This document shows positions 35,378-38,350 of a stretch of DNA of 38,350 bases, one piece after another. The stretch is from a virus. Lineage: Duplodnaviria > Caudoviricetes. The position numbers were made by a program, and so were the translations under genes. Position 1 is the stretch's first letter. Every line of letters starts with the position of its first letter. Below the pieces are notes generated by a model. That model did no database searches. It had not been told where the DNA came from and saw nothing but the letters and a program-made list of their open reading frames with translations. The stretch spans positions 1 to 38,350 of the IMG/VR virus record IMGVR_UViG_3300017985_000052; one strand, given 5' to 3'.

Positions 35378-36299
35378 GTGCAAAGTCCGCTAGCCCAGAT
35401 TCTTGTAGTTTACCTGCGTCACCACCTTTAGCCGGTGTTGGCAGTAAACCTTTTGGTGTTAGTCCGCGAGTATAATAATTCATGGACGCCATGTCAAGTT
35501 TTAAATCCAAGTCCATTTCCGCGCCATCAAAATGCCTTGCTTTACAAAGACTTAGGTACGCTTGGTGATCCGGGTCATCATAGGTGCGACCCAAAATGAT
35601 TACGTTGTCGGCTCTGTTAGTGATGTCTGCTGATCCGGCGATAGCCCACTTGTCGAGTCGATCCTTTACGCTGTTACCCTTACGCGCATGGGCCACTAGA
35701 ATGATATGAATACCAAGATGACGCGCTGAGTTGGCGATGGCCTGCACCACCTGTTTCTGACCATTCCAATCGTCGCTGTTGAGACTCATGGTCATCAGAG
35801 AGTCGATCAAGACCATCTCTACGCCCAGTTGATCTACCGCGTACCGAAGTACAGATATCAGGGCGCGTGGCGTGATTGTGCCGTGCTGATCGTAGAACCA
35901 GAGTTTATCCCTAGCCCAGTATGTAAACTGTAACCCTGCGTCTATGTCCGGCTTATTCTGTAGCGACGCCTGTCGCCACATTCTACCGAGTTGCGACTTG
36001 GGTGACATCTCAAGCGAGATTGATAGGCATTTCCTACCCTGATCCATAGCAGACAGCAGAATCTGTGACGCAAACAAACTTTTGCCTGCTCCGTTGATGC
36101 CTGCAAGGATCGTTATCTCCTCATTACGCAATCGGAATTTATCATCAAACTCTGATAGCGGTAGTTTTGTGCCGGATAAATGCTCATCCAGATTAAAGTA
36201 GTCGAGTGTTTCTTGCGTGAAGTCACCAGAGGGTCTTATTTTTCTCTCAACTTCTGTGAGGTTAGCGTATTTAGCAAGGTCTTTTTCGCTGATTTCCAT
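35310..36299 (-). CDS. DnaB/T7 gp4-like SF4 replicative helicase (no primase domain)
   Basis: Walker A AGINGAGKS, SLEM, Walker B VLIDSL, LVAHARK, GS.DI...ADNVI, KARH. Confidence 0.88.
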   Translation of the reverse strand: MEISEKDLAKYANLTEVERKIRPSGDFTQETLDYFNLDEHLSGTKLPLSEFDDKFRLRNEEITILAGINGAGKSLFASQILLSAMDQGRKCLSISLEMSPKSQLGRMWRQASLQNKPDIDAGLQFTYWARDKLWFYDQHGTITPRALISVLRYAVDQLGVEMVLIDSLMTMSLNSDDWNGQKQVVQAIANSARHLGIHIILVAHARKGNSVKDRLDKWAIAGSADITNRADNVIILGRTYDDPDHQAYLSLCKARHFDGAEMDLDLKLDMASMNYYTRGLTPKGLLPTPAKGGDAGKLQESGLADFAHENIIRKTKGKKASAVGKVAVN

Positions 36300-36682
36300 A
36301 TTCTTGTACCGTATCTCCAGTTTCCGCCGTGGCGGTAGTATTGGTCAAAGGGTTTTCCGCCAGTATTGTAAAACTTATTCCAATCCTGACCTTTAATTTT
36401 TGTGATTGATGATGATTCCACCCTGACGGGCTTGTTATGATCGTTGTCTAGAAACTTGTGCGCTACTTTACCAGACATCTTTTGAAGTTTCAAGTAAATA
36501 TCCCACGCCTGCACCATAGTTTTATCTGATACACTTGGTGATCTGGATAAGACTTTCATTGCCTTCAACGCGCTGTTCATCAGGGAGTCTACCTCTACAT
36601 CCGCCTGATGGCGAACTGTCGCCACCAGACGTTTGGGTAGATTCTTTAGAATTCGTAATGCTCTTTTCTCTAAGAGTCCCAC
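36236..36682 (-). CDS. Hypothetical basic protein upstream of helicase (possible initiator or loader)
   Basis: 148 aa, overlaps helicase 5' end; function inferred only from position. Confidence 0.45.
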   Translation of the reverse strand: MGLLEKRALRILKNLPKRLVATVRHQADVEVDSLMNSALKAMKVLSRSPSVSDKTMVQAWDIYLKLQKMSGKVAHKFLDNDHNKPVRVESSSITKIKGQDWNKFYNTGGKPFDQYYRHGGNWRYGTRIWKSAKKTLLNTLTSQKLREK

Positions 36683-36936
36683 TGCCGTCGTTTATCCTGT
36701 TCTTCGTAATTCATTCTATCTCTTTCCTGTAGTAGAAACAATGCTTTGTTAAGCAGTTCATCCAGTTGCCTTTCTGTGACTATCAAACCGTTGCCGTTGA
36801 TCTCCAGAATGATTTCATCAATTCCAGATTCGTAGATATCCACAGATTCCACCGGCTCCGATAATATGTCATCAAGTTTTGATTCTGCCAGTCGGTCAAT
36901 CTCCGCGTCAAAGTCTGTGTCGTAATATGTTTTCAT
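36670..36936 (-). CDS. Hypothetical acidic protein
   Basis: 88 aa in early operon. Confidence 0.6.
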   Translation of the reverse strand: MKTYYDTDFDAEIDRLAESKLDDILSEPVESVDIYESGIDEIILEINGNGLIVTERQLDELLNKALFLLQERDRMNYEEQDKRRQWDS

Positions 36937-36938
36937 GG

Positions 36939-37139
36939 TTAATTACCGTAGTTGATGTAGTAGTAGTCTTCTATCTCTGAATGCTCAAGTTTATCAGAAA
37001 TAAATTCTTCAATCAATGCTACCTTCTCAGGCGAGAGATACTTGTACATTTGGGATGTAAAACTGTTCACCATTTCCCATTCAACATCTTCGATGTTGTC
37101 TTTGGTCAAGGAATAAACACTTTCAAACGTATAACTCAT
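36939..37139 (-). CDS. Hypothetical protein
   Basis: 66 aa, SD AGGAG upstream, preceded by promoter-like motif. Confidence 0.6.
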   Translation of the reverse strand: MSYTFESVYSLTKDNIEDVEWEMVNSFTSQMYKYLSPEKVALIEEFISDKLEHSEIEDYYYINYGN

Positions 37140-37167
37140 TTTTATTCTCCTGTTTTAAAGAAACTCT

Positions 37168-37196
37168 ATTGTATCATATTTTTTGGCTAATGTATA
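37168..37196 (-). promoter_or_regulatory. Extended -10 promoter TGA-TACAAT with weak -35 (TATACA, 17-nt spacer)
   Basis: Minus strand TGATACAAT at 37176-37168 in an AT-rich gap before the 37139 gene. Confidence 0.55.
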
Positions 37197-37201
37197 TATC
37201 T

Positions 37202-37696
37202 CTAAAGAGATATCCAATCTGGGATAGATCTACCATTATAGGTAAAGTCTAAACCACGGGTGCGCCATTCGTCACGTTTGGCTAACAGGTATCGACGGTA
37301 GGCTACCGTGGCATCCTCATGCTTGAACTCATCTGGCATAGCCTGCGCGAATTTTGTGTGTTCAGAGTCCACAGGAATCCCGTCAGGAGCCGATAGCACA
37401 TGAGGGTATAGGGTGGTATAGGACTTATGGTTCGCCTTGCCACGGGCCACACGTTGAGCGTTAAGGGCTTGCATCAGATCAACAAGCCAATAGTAATTTG
37501 CGGTATTCTCACCGGCCCACAGGGTGCAGGGGTGATTCTTGTGGGTTTCCTTATAAATACCGGGAAACGCCTGTCCGTAGCGATGGTATACGGCGCACAA
37601 CATTTGCGCCGATTCTAAGATCATTTTGGCTTCGTGCCTGTCGCAATGGTGCGATGCACAAATTAAAGGGTCGGTGTCGGTTGCGAAAATGTTCAC
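37202..37696 (-). CDS. denV: Pyrimidine dimer DNA glycosylase (T4 endonuclease V-like family)
   Basis: MNIF..D.DP..CA..HCD.H..KMILESAQML...Y..TH.NHPCT.W...NY.WL...FAQAMPDE...AYR.Y; GTG start with GGAG SD. Confidence 0.8.
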   Translation of the reverse strand: MNIFATDTDPLICASHHCDRHEAKMILESAQMLCAVYHRYGQAFPGIYKETHKNHPCTLWAGENTANYYWLVDLMQALNAQRVARGKANHKSYTTLYPHVLSAPDGIPVDSEHTKFAQAMPDEFKHEDATVAYRRYLLAKRDEWRTRGLDFTYNGRSIPDWISL

Positions 37697-37697
37697 G

Positions 37698-37820
37698 TTA
37701 TTCTCCGAGTAACAATTGTTTAATATCTGCTACAGACCACCCGCTCATGCGGGCCATCTGTGCGATTGTAACAGATAAGTGAGAGTCATAATACTCACAA
37801 ATTTCATCAGCAGTCCACAT
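37698..37820 (-). CDS. 40-aa minimal helix-turn-helix protein (MWTADEICEYYDSHLSVTIAQMARMSGWSVADIKQLLLGE)
   Basis: Translated by hand; TGATG coupling to upstream gene; fills the gap; TIAQMARMSGWSVADIKQLL fits HTH pattern. Confidence 0.65.
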   Translation of the reverse strand: MWTADEICEYYDSHLSVTIAQMARMSGWSVADIKQLLLGE

Positions 37821-38113
37821 CATTCCCATTCTCCTAATGATTCGGGGTTTTCCAGTTCTTCTGGCAAAAGGCCAGTGAGCAACAGTTCGCGCTCATTCGG
37901 GTACAGATACGGGAAAGCATTCTGAATCAGAGTGCCATCCCGCCATTTTATAGCGTCCTCATGCGGGTTTCTGCCCCCTACCTGCGAAGGTGTGACAGAG
38001 AAAATTCTCTGCTTACCGTCCATAATGTTTCTGCAGAAAAAATGATATCCCGCGACGCTGTGGTCATCATAGAACACGGTTTGGATTCTTTCAAGTGCTT
38101 TGTAAATGTTCAT
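37820..38113 (-). CDS. Hypothetical early protein
   Basis: Likely start ATG 38113 (MNIYKALE); 'W.DG.LIQNAFP.L...ERE.LLTG' motif common in phages. Confidence 0.65.
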   Translation of the reverse strand: MNIYKALERIQTVFYDDHSVAGYHFFCRNIMDGKQRIFSVTPSQVGGRNPHEDAIKWRDGTLIQNAFPYLYPNERELLLTGLLPEELENPESLGEWE

Positions 38114-38144
38114 TTTGGTATCTCGTTCTCGTTGAGTAGAAATG

Positions 38145-38172
38145 ATAATATCAGTTTGAAACACAATGTCAA
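38145..38172 (-). promoter_or_regulatory. Leftward early sigma70 promoter TTGACA-16-TATTAT with extended -10 TG and AT-rich upstream tract
   Basis: Minus strand TTGACA 38172-38167, TGA-TATTAT 38153-38145. Confidence 0.75.
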
Positions 38173-38282
38173 TAGGTTTTTAAAAATAAATTGCACTTTT
38201 TTATCTTTTAACATACTTTTCCTTTGGTATCAATTACTTACGAGTTATAGATAATATATATAGCCTAAAGTAAATTTTTTCC

Positions 38283-38310
38283 TTGATTTATTCGGGCCAT
38301 CTGATACAAT
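38283..38310 (+). promoter_or_regulatory. Rightward sigma70 promoter TTGATT-16-TACAAT with extended -10 TG
   Basis: TTGATT 38283-38288, TGA-TACAAT 38302-38310; divergent from the 38145-38172 promoter. Confidence 0.6.
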
Positions 38311-38350
38311 TCAATTTGAGCGGGTTCAGACTCATAAAAATAGCGGGCCG

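Larger units (their letters stand above)
1..38350. mobile_element. Tailed dsDNA bacteriophage genome (podovirus-like), near complete
   Basis: Contiguous terS-terL-portal-scaffold-MCP-adaptor-fibres-nozzle-ejection genes on +, replication genes on -, no host housekeeping genes, no tape-measure or tail-tube gene; frequent TAATG/ATGA gene overlaps. Confidence 0.95.

Noticed and set aside
37740-37753. CCCGC-TCAT-GCGGG hairpin as terminator
   Set aside because: Lies inside the 40-aa HTH ORF, 5-bp stem, no U-tract on either strand
1-38350. Integrated prophage, tRNA genes or alternative genetic code
   Set aside because: No integrase, att-like repeat, host genes or tRNA cloverleaf seen; standard code gives dense full-length ORFs using all three stop codons

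Overview
The window is most or all of a ~38 kb tailed dsDNA phage genome with podovirus-type (P22-like, short-tail) organisation, resembling uncultured aquatic proteobacterial podophages. The + strand (338-29349) carries terminases, portal, scaffold, major capsid, a prolyl-4-hydroxylase-like 2OG-Fe(II) oxygenase, head-tail adaptor and nozzle, and a ~6.6 kb multi-fibre block. It continues with a secreted glycoside-hydrolase-like protein, ejection proteins and small basic or membrane proteins. The - strand (29243-38113) carries early and replication genes: DenV-like glycosylase, DnaB-type helicase, Holliday junction resolvase, Sak, class II ribonucleotide reductase, SSB-like protein, exonuclease, HNH and a restriction-like nuclease. 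Divergent sigma70-type promoters lie at the right end. I recognised no DNA polymerase, primase, integrase, tape measure, canonical endolysin, tRNA or CRISPR. The best candidates for something new are: (1) a hierarchical, branched receptor-binding 'tree' of at least five fibres with a duplicated capsid-anchor domain; (2) a signal peptide + GH-A-like TIM barrel + 4-strand Phe-terminated beta anchor protein, possibly a surface-displayed autotransporter-like enzyme; (3) a prolyl hydroxylase next to a capsid gene with a Pro/Ala/Gly insertion; (4) a glycine-zipper u-spanin-like lipoprotein; (5) a multi-stem non-coding region at the left end. All family calls come from motif recognition by eye; no database searches were run.
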